DNA of 64,000 bases from Oikopleura dioica (taxonomy: Eukaryota; Animalia; Chordata). The notes beneath the pieces were generated by a model. The model was not told where the DNA came from. It saw only the letters and a list, made by a program, of their open reading frames with translations, and did not search any database. Shown one piece after another: positions 12,092-27,871 of the stretch (within the stretch, counting starts at the first letter, position 1; each line of letters begins with the position of its first letter). The stretch lies in NCBI GenBank assembly GCA_907165135.1, contig OU015567.1, positions 7,998,001 through 8,062,000 on the forward strand, in the 5' to 3' direction. The position numbers and the translations under genes are program-made.

Positions 12092-14882
12092 TTAATGCTT
12101 GTAACTTTTCAGTTGCTTTTTTAAACTTTCTTGCAGCGCCTTCTTCTTTTGGGTGTACGATCTTCCTGTCTGCTTCTTTGCGACCTTGTGCATCACCATC
12201 TGGAAGGGTTTTTGCTTTCGCTTGTCTTTGTTTGTCGATGAAGCGTATGGATTTAGCTTTTGCCTTGAGAGGGTTTCAAAAATGTTCACAATTATTATGG
12301 CGGATGAAGAAAAATATCTTCATCTATTAAACGATATAGTGTAGGAAACCATTCCTATGTCCACGTCCATACTTTTCTCGCCCTTCTCGTCCAGCCAAGA
12401 CTGTAGCCAGTCTGTCTTCCTTACTGTGCGCTCTTCTACTAGCCACTTGTTCGATCTTCTTTAGCTCTACGAGATTCGAGCTGTTTTCCGCAGACAACAA
12501 GCTCGACGGAGTAACCTTTCGATGAATATCAACAGCCTTTTGCGTCGCCTGCTCAATCTTGATCTTCTGGAACTCGGCATCAGTCAGAACCCGAGTTGTG
12601 AGAACATTCTTCGCCTTTTCTTGCTTCATTTTCAGAAGTTCCTCTCGGCCGACTTTTTCTTCGAGTTTAGCCTCCTGAAAGGTCGATTAAAAATTGGGAG
12701 TTTTTTGAAGTAAATTCAAGGCTGAAATGAGTACGTGCATCATTTGATGATGAAAGAAATTCAAAAAAGTGATCCCGACTATTTAATTAAAATTAAATTA
12801 TAAATTTGACTCAAATTATTTGAGCGGCTGAATCCTCTGAACTGGATCGACTGATCCTGCGAGTCAATCAAATGTTTTACCGTTTCTGTTCGTTTTTCAA
12901 TCTCTTCTTTCTCAATGTCCTGTTCAATATCATGCTCAACATCTTGCCACTCTCCATCAACCCACTCCGTTGGCTTGTCTTCCTCCATTACTTCTTCTTC
13001 CTCCTCCGGTCCACGAAGAGGAAGCGTTTCAGCGCCAGGAATGAAGTCCAACGCCTTCGATTGCCCGTAAGAGTAGGGAACGATTTGTCGCTGATGCTCG
13101 TTCGGTTTGCCTCGATCTTTTTTGGCGAGAAGCATTGGCGCTTCTTGACGGTAGAGAGTGATGAGACCCTTTGCGCCAGCTTTGACTCCTCGGTCGATGT
13201 GTTTTTTGTACTGAAATAGGTTAAATAGATCCATGAGCGACTTTCTTACCTGTGTGAGGTCTTGAAGCAGATCATCACCGATGGCAAGTGGATTTCTCGC
13301 TGCTACTTCTCGAACAGAGTTCAAACCAACCGCCATTACTTCGCCCGAATTTCGCTCGGTAATAAACTGATTGGAAATGCATCGAACCATTTCTTCACAG
13401 ACTTCTGGAGGTACTAGATCGTGAGTAGCATGTGCAGCCGCCTATGAAATACACCGTGATATCAGAGGATAAAAAACTCGATAAAACAAAGAAACAAATT
13501 CTCTTACAAGCACTTTTATCGTAAAATAATGCCGGCTTTAAGTTACGATTGAAAAATTTATCAGATTGATGTTCCTATCATGTACCTGTAGAACGAGAGT
13601 GACATCTCGCTGGCTAGGATTAAGAAATCTTTGCAGATATGGGTAGAAGTTGTAAATAACCAGCTTGTGCACGCCAATAACTCGCGCGATCACCCGAATG
13701 TGAAGTAATTTTAACGCGAAGTCGCCATTTGTCGACTCCAGTTGCTTGAAAAGCTTCTCCGCGAAGCTCTGAGGATCGTGAAGCATGTCAATCGCTGTGA
13801 AGTTGATGGCGTCTCTGTTCTGACCCTTGTTTGACTTCTTGGCAATTCGCGCCATCATCTTCTTCTTCTTTCTCTTGTTCTTGGCTCCTTTCTTGCCAGT
13901 TTGAAATCTGACCATGATGTCACGAGCAGTGGGAAGCTTTAGTTCGTTCTTTTCTCGCTGTCGACGTTCGTCAGGGTCTTCGTCGTCGTCTGAGTCGTGG
14001 TCTTCCGACTTCTGGTCGTTTCCGAGGAAGAAATTGAGGGCGCGCGATTGAATCTTTACGATGAAAATTTATGTAGCTGGTAGAGGGCTCAATTTTACCT
14101 TTTGATGGCCATGGAAACAAGCAGCCGCGATAACATTAACCGTCTTTTCGTCATTCCAAACATTCTTTCTGTACAAATCCTCGGTAACTTGGAGACTTTT
14201 AAACGATGCCGTGACGTCTTGATCCTGCAGCATCGTGTACATGAAGTTTTGCAGTGACTTATTTACAGCATGGTTCTTGCTCTTTAAATTGATTCGCTTG
14301 ACATCGTTGACGATGAATTTGTGAACAGTTTCGCGTATTTTCTTGTCTTTCATTCGGAAGAGCTTGAAAAAGAGCTCGAATAGCACCTTGTCTTCGATCA
14401 TCTGCTTGCCTCTGAGAAGCATCAACGATTTGACGATGTCCTGACGAAGCTTTGAAGAGAACGAGTGACCGGAAGTTTCGATCAGCTGGGCGAGCTCGTT
14501 GCCGTAGTTTTTCATGTCTTCCTTGTAGCAATGAGCAGTAGAAGCCAGGAAGATCATTGTTTCTGATAATGTCTAAAAGGATCATCAGCGAGGCGAAAAA
14601 GAACCGGTAGCTTAAAAAAGGATATATGATTATATTCAGGATAATCGTCCAACTGGCCATGAAAACCGTGATTTAAATTTACGTAAACGGATTAAATGGA
14701 TGAAAGAGCGTAATAATTATTTTATTAATTACCGTATGATCATTTTCAGGGTATAATTGTTGAAGCTCCAGTGAGGTCTTGAATCTGTGGACTTGGGATT
14801 CGTACTCATCGCGGAATCCAGGCGGATCGCGCTTGATTTTGTTCTGGAGCTGAGCCAAGTTCAATGTCAAGTTGTTCGACAT
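12092..14882 (-). CDS. SDAD1: Protein SDA1 homolog (60S ribosome biogenesis)
   Basis: MSNNLTLNLAQLQNKIKRDP, LYRKNVWNDEKTVNVIA, LHDPQSFAEKLFKQL, EVMAVGLNSVREVAARNPLA, and C-terminal STNKDKRKQKPFQM. Seven exons, with a likely GA-AG last intron. Confidence 0.93.
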
Positions 14883-15782
14883 TTTATTCAAATATCTGAA
14901 CTCAATTGCTTTCATTTTATTGTTCTTCGTGAGTTGTTGTGTTACTGTTTGAAATACTATGTAGATCGGGGTTAATAAATTTCTCGTTATCATTTACTTT
15001 CAAGTCGCGATAAAGATTATTAAATCATGACCAGAAACCGATCAGGTTAAGAAATTTCTCATTATCGTCTACTTTCAAGCTACGATTAAGTTTATCAATT
15101 CATCTTGTGTACAAGAAATACCGTAGCTTCTTCTGCTGAAAATGACTATCAACGACAGACTATCGTGTAGACTAATTATGTACGAAGAATGATAAAGATG
15201 CTGCTTGAAATTACGATGCTCATGCAATAAACGAGACGAAGACGAATATTGTTTTTGTTTTAATGATCCAGCAATTTATTGCGAACCTGTTCGTTAAAAA
15301 ACAGAGATAAGTTTCGGGTACAGAATGTAAATAAATAAAACTCTAACCCAGCAAGTTCAAAAGCAGCACCACTGGGTGGCGAATGCGTGCTTTTGCGCTT
15401 TTATCCCGTGTTTGTATGTTTGTTACGCCCCTCTATCTAACAAAGGTTTGGTAAAATTTGGTTTTAACGAAAATAAGGTTGTAAGCGTGTCTCTACACTA
15501 GAAATGGTTAAGATTAGCGTTAGTGACCGGCGAAAATAGTGAAATACCGAGGCGAACTGGCGCTGACTTGTTTTGAACTTGTTGGGTGGATAAAATAAAT
15601 TAACCTATGCCGGACATTAAGACTGGAGGCCATTCAGTGGAGACAACGCTTACGTACGGTTAACGGGGGGACACATATCAAGTTTTAAACTTAGATGTTG
15701 TTCTCAACTTAGAAGAAAACGTGAAGCGAATGATGACAGAAGAGCAGGGCAGAAGATTTTTAAACTACTCGGACGAGAGCAT

Positions 15783-18841
<3,059 letters not shown>

Positions 18842-19731
18842 TTAGAGGATATTCTAGAAAATTTTAACGAATTATCAGATTTCAAAGATTAATCCTAAAT
18901 AAGCAAGTCTTATGTTGCAAAAATAGTTAAACCATCGATTTGTGGAGTAATTATTTACACTTATAAGTTTCATCACAAGTTTTAATAAAAACTTTCATGT
19001 TACGTTGTATACGCTCTTTTAGTGTAATTTCACGGCTGTCTCTCTTTATCAAATTTTCCTCCTGTCTCTGGTTTTCCCTTAGATCGCTCTTGACTGCGAC
19101 GTTTTGCGCCGCGTCGGACGCAAATGGCGAGCTCTTATTGGCCACTGCGCTTGCTCCCGCCCGCGCTGGCTCGGTTCTTTCCCGAGCCCATTGGCCCTGA
19201 CACGAGATTCACACGTGTCGCTCTGGTTCATTTAATCAGTCTCTTATGTAATGAAAGATCATCGAAAGTTCTAGTGTTATTCAGTTTTCCTTCAATATGT
19301 TATCTCTCATTTTCTCATAAAATCTAGCGCAAAAACGTTATGAAAACTGTTGGTTCGTTTGTTTGAGTAGGAGGTGTTCTGTCGCTATCAAATTTGTGGA
19401 CAAGAGCGCTAATCGGAACGCGTGGGTGGGGAGGACTTTTTTTGGCGGATAGGTTTTGGGGAGGTGGGACTTTTTGGTGTTCTGAGTGGGTCGACTCGGT
19501 TCGAGATTTGGCCTTCTGGGTGGGCACTGGAGGATTTTAGGGCGCTGTTGCTCGGAGGATCGTCTGCTGGAAGACTCTGTCACTGGAAAACAATACAAAT
19601 CTTTTTCAATATTCATTTTTATTTTAGAATTTTTAAGTGTTCAAAGAATGATATACCAAATGTACCAAATTATGGAGAGTAATCATATAGAATCAAGATA
19701 ACCATTTAGTAGAGTGATCAAAATCAGGATT

Positions 19732-20572
19732 TTAGTAGTCAGTTTCATCAGAAATCAGTTCAGCCAAGTCGGAAAATTCATCCAGCAAGTTGATCGCAAA
19801 CTTCGTCAGTTCCCGCTCGCAGATTTCATCGTCATTGTTGAAGTCGACAGTTCTGAAGAGTTTTCCGAGTCGCTTCTCGTTGAAGCGTTGTTTGATGATT
19901 CTGTAGATTCGCGGATGTCCGGACATGAATGACTCCATTTCCTCGTTGTTGAGCAAAGTTGGGATTGTCTTAAAAAGATGGTAAGAAATAGGTTGATGTT
20001 TGAGTGAATCTTACCTCGGCGAAAGACGAAAGGATGTGGACAAGGTTTTCTTTCAAATCAGGAGGAGCAAACTGGACAAATTTCGCGGCCATAACTCTGA
20101 TCGCACAGTAGACAGAGTCTTGATACTCTTCCCTGTCCATTCCTCCGTCTCCGTTGACATCAAGAATTTCGTAAACCATCGAGTTCAGTTCTTCAACTTT
20201 TGTCAAAAAAATCCTTCGAAAACCAAGCTTACCTGGGTCATCTTCTTCGACCAATTCAGCTAATTCTGGGAACGCCTTGCTCATGTCCGTTAGCATTCTT
20301 GTTCCACAAGCAAGATCCTCTTCGAAAGACATGAAATAATCGTCTTCTCCGACGCAGTAGTCGAACATTCTCTCGACGAATCTCATCTCGCCGACGTCCT
20401 CGGCTTTTTGGCGATGCATTTTGTCGTGATCCAGATTTGTGAAGGAAGCCTTGAAGATTGGAAAGTAGATTTCCTTGAACATCGTCATCGCTGCATCTGG
20501 ATCGTTACCAGGGGAAAGCGCGTTGAAGTTCTGAGCGAAGGTAGATGTGAGGAGAAACTGTAGGATTTTCAT
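19732..20572 (-). CDS. Predicted secreted EF-hand (calcium-binding-like) protein, paralogue 1
   Basis: Signal-like N-terminus MKILQFLLTSTFAQ and EF-hand loops DVNGDGGMDREE and DFNNDDEICERE. Clear paralogue at 50791-51680. Confidence 0.6.
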
Positions 20573-21074
20573 TTTGATTTTGATGGAAAATGAAAAATCG
20601 AAGCGTATTTATGTGAAAAAAGTGCACCAGCAGGACACCAAGCGGGACGGTGGAACAGCTGAAAAGTAAATAGGATAAGTGCCTCTCCAGCTGACCGAAA
20701 TGCACTGATGCCTCTTTTGATAGCCCGGAATGAACCATTTTTGTCGTCACTTCTAAAATGACGGTTTCCCTTCTTCCGAAGAAAGTTTTTCCTGTTTCGG
20801 CGTTTTAAATTTCCTATTTTGATCTTGCACCACATCCAAACTATTTCCCTTCCAATAAATGAGCTAACTTGATATTAACTGATATCGTCCTATCACTCGT
20901 ACACTGCGAGCTTGTCGACTGCGGTCTGGCGTGTTGCCTTGGCCCGCGCTGTTCGGAATTTCTCGTCTTTCCTGATTGGGCGAGCGGCGCTGATCCCTGC
21001 TCTTCGGCGAAAAGGAACTCGAAATTTTCACTTACTTCTAGAGAAGAAAAAAGTGTCAGTAGAAGTTGAAAACG

Positions 21075-21802
21075 ATGTGTGATGTTAGTTCTCAAGGATC
21101 CGTTAGGTAATTTTTACGGAGAGTTGAAACTGGAATCAATTTTCTTTTTTTCAAGATCATTGAATCTTTATGGAGCAAAGCTGCCGGAAAATCTCGATCA
21201 AATGGACGATGTGGATACCCTAAATCTCTGCTATGCTGGCCTTCAAAACCTCGATAGCATTTTACAACTGCAGAATCTCAGAAGATTGTTTTTGCGATAC
21301 AACGAAATTTCCTCATTTGAAGAAGTGGAGAAACTCAAGAATCTTCCGAATCTGGAGAGCTTAAGCCTCATTGGAAACGAAATTTATAAACATCCGGATT
21401 ACAGGTAGACAGGAAGAAGGAAAGTGATGATGGAGGGGTTTTAGGGAGCAAATTTTGTCGATTCTTCCGCAACTGCAAGTTCTTGATGGGGAAATGCTCA
21501 TGCATCATGAAGAGGATGATGATGACGATGAAAAGTCAGATGTCGAAGAGGATATGGAAGGACATGATGCTGACGGAGAAACTGATGAGCAAGAAGCTGA
21601 TGTTTCCGGTGAGATAATTGATGATTTAGTACAGAAGTTGACGCATATTTTCCCTCAAGTGACCCTTCGAAAACCTAATATCGTCACTGCCATGAGTTTG
21701 CTCATCCAAGAGCTCGATCATTTGGACGATATCGACGAGCTGACGACGCTTCTTTCGATGAGATCCAAGAAGATTCGAGAAAATGAAATCTTCGAAGTCT
21801 GA
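21075..21802 (+). CDS. Leucine-rich-repeat protein with LRRcap and acidic tail, CFAP410/C21orf2-like
   Basis: Spliced product SVRSLNLYGAKL...LRRLFLRYNEISSFEEVEKLKNLPNLESLSLIGN...YREQILSILPQLQVLDG, followed by a D/E-rich stretch. Two GT-AG introns. Confidence 0.6.
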
Positions 21803-22065
21803 AACCATTTTTCCCTCCACTACCATTTTGAATTGTCAAGATTATTTCCACAATCCAGCTTCAATATTTGAAATTTCAATTCCATTCCTAAAGAGTTTTC
21901 TTTATTTTATACTGAATAAACCTTTCGTTTTCTATTTTTTCTCGACTTGTTTTGACAGTTATTATTTTATACGCCCAATGGCCATGTTAGCATTGGTAGC
22001 AGCACTTGAACGCAAACTTTGAGGATGAAAATTTTTAGACGGAAATCTACGGATTTCTCCGGAGA

Positions 22066-22599
22066 ATGGAATTCGCCCACGCGGGGAAACCAGCAGGTTA
22101 TGCGAAGTGGCAGTCGATCTATCCTCTGTACATCAATTCGAAAAGAACAGTCAAGTGCGGACGGAAGCTTCCAAGAGAACAGTCTATTGTTGACCCTACA
22201 ATCGATGAAATTGTCCAAGCACTCGGGCAGCTAGGTTTCAAGAATGAAGAGAACATGCTCAAGGAAGACAAGGTTTGTCTAGACGCGAGTTTCGTTCAAT
22301 TTAATGTTGTTTCTTAAGGTGCATCCTCGCGCTAGAACGACCTGGAATCCAAAGGATCATGTGAGAGGCTTTTCCTGCTACAACGAGTTCGGCCGAGTCA
22401 AGTACAATCTCCACAGCCTGCCAGAAGAAAATAAAATGACCAAGAAGGAGCTTTTGATAAAAGTTTCCGAAATCGTAACAACCCGTCGCTCAACTCCTCA
22501 AACGTAAGCATTCCTGTTTGCATCAGCAACCAAACCTAAGAATTCTTATTTAGAGAGTCTTCTACCAAGCCAAAGAAGAAGAAAAAGGGCAAAAAGTGA
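22066..22599 (+). CDS. SRP19: SRP19-like protein, divergent paralogue A
   Basis: SIYPLYINSKRTVKCGRKLPREQSIVDPTIDEI, VHPR, GRVKY and a basic C-terminus KPKKKKKGKK. Two GT-AG introns. Confidence 0.75.
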
Positions 22600-22835
22600 A
22601 ACAAAAACACCTCAAATCTAAATTCAAATCGCCTCATTTTCAACGTGAAAAAATTTTAATGTCTTCAGTTTTCAAAGTTTACGTAATTTTTTTCTTCAAT
22701 TTCAGTCTTCATCTCTTCTTCTTGTCGAAACTAGCCATATTTGTCCTTCAACTTTCTCCTCAATGTTCCTCATTTTTCAAATTGAAATAAAAATTATACT
22801 CGTTCAATATTTTTAATTACAATTTTCTGTTGAAG

Positions 22836-23545
22836 ATGTCAGATTGTTCGGATCCCGAGGACGAGATTATCGAGAACACCTCGGACTCGTGTGGCCACTC
22901 ACACGCCCCTGGGCATGGACACAGCCATGTTCACAGGCCTGCGCGACCACAAGTGCCTGAAGGAGCCAAAAACTGGCCAGCTATTTATCCGATTTACCTG
23001 AACAAGTTTAGGACAAGAGAACAGGTTCGGATAACTCTTAGTTTTCTGAATTAACAATTCGATCAGGGCCGAAGAATTGCGAAAGAAGAAGCAGTTGAAA
23101 ATCCGACTTTTTACGAAATTAAAGAAATCTTGGAACACGAAGGATTCAAGGTTTTCGTCGAAAATAAGGTAAATTTCATTCAAAGCAAAATAGCCAAGTA
23201 GCAATTTCATTTATAGGTGCATCCACGAGAGCCAGACAGATTCTTTCCCCTTGGCCCGCCGCCGATGGGAAATCCTCACCGCGGACGAGTTAAGTTTCAG
23301 TACAAAAATGCTGATGGAACATTGTGCAATCCTAAATTCAAGAACAAGCATAGCCTCTACTCATACATCGCTCAAATGATTCCGAAGCTAAAGTCTCGAG
23401 TTGAAGGTATTCTTCGCTTATCTAAATATCTTCTTGCTTTATTCTAGCTGTTCGAATGCGCGATCAAGCAGCGAAGCAAAAGCAACAAGCTGCTCAAGCT
23501 CAATCCAGTGGTAAAAACAGTAAAAAGAAAAAGGGCCGAAAATAA
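22836..23545 (+). CDS. SRP19: Signal recognition particle 19 kDa protein, paralogue B with His-rich N-terminal extension
   Basis: AIYPIYLNKFRTREQGRRIAKEEAVENPTFYEI, GRVKFQYKNADGTLC, YIAQMIPKLKSR and a basic tail. Three GT-AG introns. Confidence 0.88.
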
Positions 23546-23723
23546 CAGACGAAAATCAAAACCTCTCTTTCTCTTCTTATCAAAAGTTAGATAACAATTC
23601 CCGTTGTATCAGTCTTCAGTAGTACTAATTTCGAATTCTATTTCAGTCAAGCTGTGCCTTAACGCTTCAGAATACACTAGTAAAGACTACCACTTTATTC
23701 TAATGTATGTTCCTTGCTCTAGA

Positions 23724-26148
23724 ATGGCTCCGACAGTTCGAGTCGGATCGGATTCTGGTTCTCGAACTCCGAGTCGGCGGGCTCAAGACACCCCAAGATC
23801 TGGTCTCATCTGCCGTGTCAAATACACCAACAAATTACCCGACATTCCATTTGATCCGAAGAGCGTCAAAGTTTACCCAAATGGAAGGGATAGATTTGTT
23901 GAATACAAACCGACGACGCTAGAGAAACTCTGCAAAGTGGAGCTTCATACGGATTTCGATCTGGACGTCAATATTGATTTGATTGATCCAGAGACGTATA
24001 CTGTGTAAGTTCTTTTAAGTACTGTTGATGAGAATTTCAATCTTAATTCAGAAAACCCGGTACTGTCCTGCATCCCGAGGACAGTAAGCTACTCCAGGAA
24101 GAAGATTCCAAGAAGAATGATTCAAGGTTTTAAGGGATCCCCCCCTGATTTCGGCAACTTTGACCTCTATCTACTTTTTTTTGAGCTTACGTAGGAAGCT
24201 GGTTTTGGGCGCATTAAAAAGCCCGCTTGGAAAGGAGCAAATTCTGGTAGAATAGTGTGCGAGCAAAACATTCGCTTATGCATTACAGGCCGTCAAAGTG
24301 ATTAACATTTTGAAAAATGGCCATTTTAGGTCATTTTCAAATCGTATCTACTTTTTTTTGGGCTTTAGGATTCAAAATCTTTTTTGTTTATCTAAAAGTA
24401 TAGACGCTAATCTTTATTTTTTGGTAGAATCAGCATGATCGGATAAGTGAATAATAAAATTCTAGTTGTAAAACTTTTTGAAACCATTTTTGGCGTTATT
24501 TGGGTGTTAGAATGCTCTCTAGCGCCAACAATTGGCCGAAAACTCTAGTGCGAAAATTATATTCGTAATCTTCACATTCTAAGCTTTCGAAAGAGCCCTT
24601 GTTTGTGTTATTTCGATGACAATCAAAAATCGAAAAAAATTGCGATTTTCACGCTAAGTACAATTTACATGCATTTTTCCGAACTTTGGGAGCCAAAATT
24701 TCGGGGATGCATTTATGTAAAGGGGTACTATCATATATTAAAATGATCCTCAGAACACGAGGAATCTAATCATAGGCGATAATAACCGGTGCAAAAGTTT
24801 TGAAAAATCGGGGGGTGATCCCTTAAGATAATAAGTGGAAAATGATTGATCATCTATACTTGTAGGCGATCGGGGATCCACAACCGACAACTTACCTTCT
24901 TCCGGCCATCAGAATACATTTCTCAGGACTTCAAACAATACGGAAGCAACGCAAAAGACAAAGTCGAATCAAAGCTTGGCGCCGGCGTCAAAGACCGATT
25001 CAAAGACGAGGAAATCTACAAAGACCGAGACGCGCAGATCAAGGCAATCGAGAAAACCTTCAAAGACGTCCAGCAAGATGTTTCAGAGCATTACTCGAAG
25101 AAGGATGTTCACGCGGTCGAAGTTTTGCCACTTTTGCCCGATTTCGAGACTTGGAAGCATCCCTGCGCGCAGGTACAGACAAGTACTTTAAAGGCGCTTT
25201 TAAAATCCGTATTTAAAAGGTCATTTTCGACACAGATCCCGCTCCAAAAGGCCACTCCAAGGAAGCTCAGTTGGATATCATGTCTCAAGCGATCATCAGA
25301 GGTATGCAAGATGAGGAGAATCAACAGTTCGTCGCCTACTTCCTTCCGGTAAAGTAACTTTTTTATCACGAAAATAATGGCTTTGGAAGACTCAAGAAAC
25401 GATGGAGCAACGGACGAGAGATAAATCTCTTGGACTGGACTTTGACGACGATACGACGTATGATTACAAACTGGCTAAAGAGTACAACTGGAACGTCAAA
25501 AACAAAGGTTCAAAACTCAAGCTTCTCCAGAAGTTTCAGCTGATTATTTTGTCTAGCTTCGAAGGGTTACGAAGAAAACTTCTTCTTCTGCTACCGCCCA
25601 AACGATGGCGTGTACTACAATGAGCTGGAAACCCGTGTTCGTCTTTCCAAGCGCGTCCGCCAAAAGACAACCGAAGGGGTTGATAATTTGACGAACTATT
25701 TCAACACTGTACTTCGAGTTCAACATAGAGAAAACACGGAAGATGAGGATAAAGCACAGAAGATGCGTGAAAATGTAAGCGTTTTTTAACCCCTTCTCCG
25801 ATAAATTTATTCTTCAGGCTCTCATGAATACCAGCGATCACAGTGATGAGGATGATGATGACTCGTCCGATGCCGTAAGAATCCGTTAAATGAGCCGGTT
25901 TATTCATCGATTTTTTTCAGTCATCTGTGGCAGCAAAGGATTCTGATGCAGAAGGAGAACCGGGAGAGTCATCGCCAAAACGCAGAGGCACCAACAGCGA
26001 CTCCGATAGCAATGACGAGGGCGATACAACCGCGCGAGCTGGCGAAACGATCACCAAGTCCGATAGCGATTCGGACTCGGACGATGATGCCGACGCGCAA
26101 AAGAAGGTCTTTGGTGACTCGGACTCGGATTCAAGCATGTCCGAGTAG
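23724..26148 (+). CDS. PAF1: RNA polymerase II-associated factor 1
   Basis: MAPT...[93 protein letters not shown], and an acidic Ser/Asp tail. Confidence 0.95.
24134..24822. mobile_element. TTAA-targeting MITE (Kolobok-like ends) in PAF1 intron 2; copy 1 of a family
   Basis: Exact TTAA TSD (24130-24133, 24823-24826) and gggatc...gatccc TIRs. A near-identical inverted copy lies at 44375-45066. Confidence 0.9.
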
Positions 26149-26309
26149 ACCAACTCAATCTAGACAAAAATTATTCAAACTGCCAAGGATAAATGAAAAA
26201 AAAACATGAAACTGTTTTGACTGTTGAAATAAAAGGAAATGAGCATGTCTTTTTAGAAATCGGTACTGATGATCGAAGATGGAAGAAGAGAGATTCGATT
26301 GAGTTTATT

Positions 26310-27871
26310 ATGGAAGAGGCTTTGAAGTCACTACTGCACCGGTCCAGAAACGAGCTGGCCAAGGTCGACAAAAACCTAAAGATCGAAAATGCTAAACTGC
26401 CGAAAAAGCCTCGAATTGAAAAAAGGTTCATAAACAAGAATCTTTTCATTATTTCATCGTTTCTAGGCCTCCAACGAGTGGAATTCAATTGCATTTGTTC
26501 CAGAATGGCTATCAGCTGGTGCGTGGAGACTCAAAACAATCATCATCCCTCATTCCATACTCCAATAAAGACATATTAGGTCAGTTGACAGTGACTTTTA
26601 TTTTTCATTATCAATTTTTTTTAGACGAGGTCAGCGCGGGTCGAATTCCGCTGAGCATCACTAGTTGGTTAGAATCCGATAAGCTGCTAATGAAAAACGG
26701 GGAGCTTGAACTCACTATCGTCGAAAGAGGCTCCTCCGGAAACGTTCTTTCAACCGAAACGTTGACGCTTTACCATTGTAACACTGCGCTAGAATCGCAA
26801 CAGATCCTCAACGAAACCCGTCAGATCTATCGCTGGTCTGACAAGGACCGTCTTATTTTAGGTAAATTTGGATCAACAATTCACAATAAATATATAATTC
26901 TGAACCAGCAACTGTTGAAAGGAAAATCGATACAATTATTTTTTAAGATTCGTGCCTATCGCTAGCAACAAGCGATCCGCTATGCTTAGAGCCAGATCCA
27001 ATCGTCCATCTCATCCAAAATCGTGCCAGTAGAAATCCGTTTCAAGCCGAAAACTCTTCTTTTAACTGTCGTCGCCCGTCGTTATCAGCAACGTCCACCA
27101 GTGTACCTCCAATTGACCGTTCTTCCATTCACCCCGGTGTCAAAACAAATCACGACAGGCAAAACAACAAGCAACATCAAGTAGCAAAAGCTTCTCCAGA
27201 GACTTCTACTCAACCAACTCCTCCTCTTCCAGGTTTGCGAAGAATCTTATCTACTTTTTGTCTAATTAATTACTTCTTGAAGATGTCCCTATTGTCAAAA
27301 TGCCCGCCATAGTACCCTCCTCAAATGTGTCTATTCGCCGAGAGATTCAAATCAAGTCCCAGCTCGGACGGAGCAGTCAACTTGTCACTATCGAGATCAT
27401 CCGAGATTCAATTCTGTCTGGTTACACTGGCAAAGGTATCTTTTGTACAATAAGCAACGGGTTGAGCCGAAGCGACAGTCTTTCAGTTTGAAAATTCGTT
27501 CATTTTACCATCAATTTTTTAAATTACAGTATCTGCTTACAGTATAATCTCATCCCCTTGAGATTACAGCTACTCGCGGGCGGGTAGCAGCTCTAATTTA
27601 TACTCATTCAGCACTTTGTCAGCAGCTAACGCCGACAGGATGCCTCTCCCCAGGCTCAGTCGTATCTCACGAGTTCGAAGCCGCCTCGCCCAGAGAAGCT
27701 GAACTTCTGGCTCAACAGTACGTGATGCTGTACTGTAACAACAGCCCGAAAAATGCGACGATTACTGTCACGGAAGGTGAAATTGTAGAAGATCACGAAA
27801 ACCCCGATTCTTTTCCGGAACGGATTTTCAATTTTATTTTTTGCTTCATCAGCTGGATTGATGCCGGTTAA
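26310..27871 (+). CDS. SUPT20H: SAGA complex subunit Spt20-like; 3' end approximate
   Basis: MEEALKSLLHRS N-terminus, IQLHLFQNGYQL, IPYSNKDILDEVSAGRIP and WSDKDRLILDSCLSLATSDPLCLEP resemble Spt20 family motifs as recalled. Confidence 0.7.

Noticed and set aside
19338-19616. 92-aa minus-strand ORF upstream of EEF2
   Set aside because: Low-complexity, no ATG start context or recognisable motif; cannot be supported as a gene.
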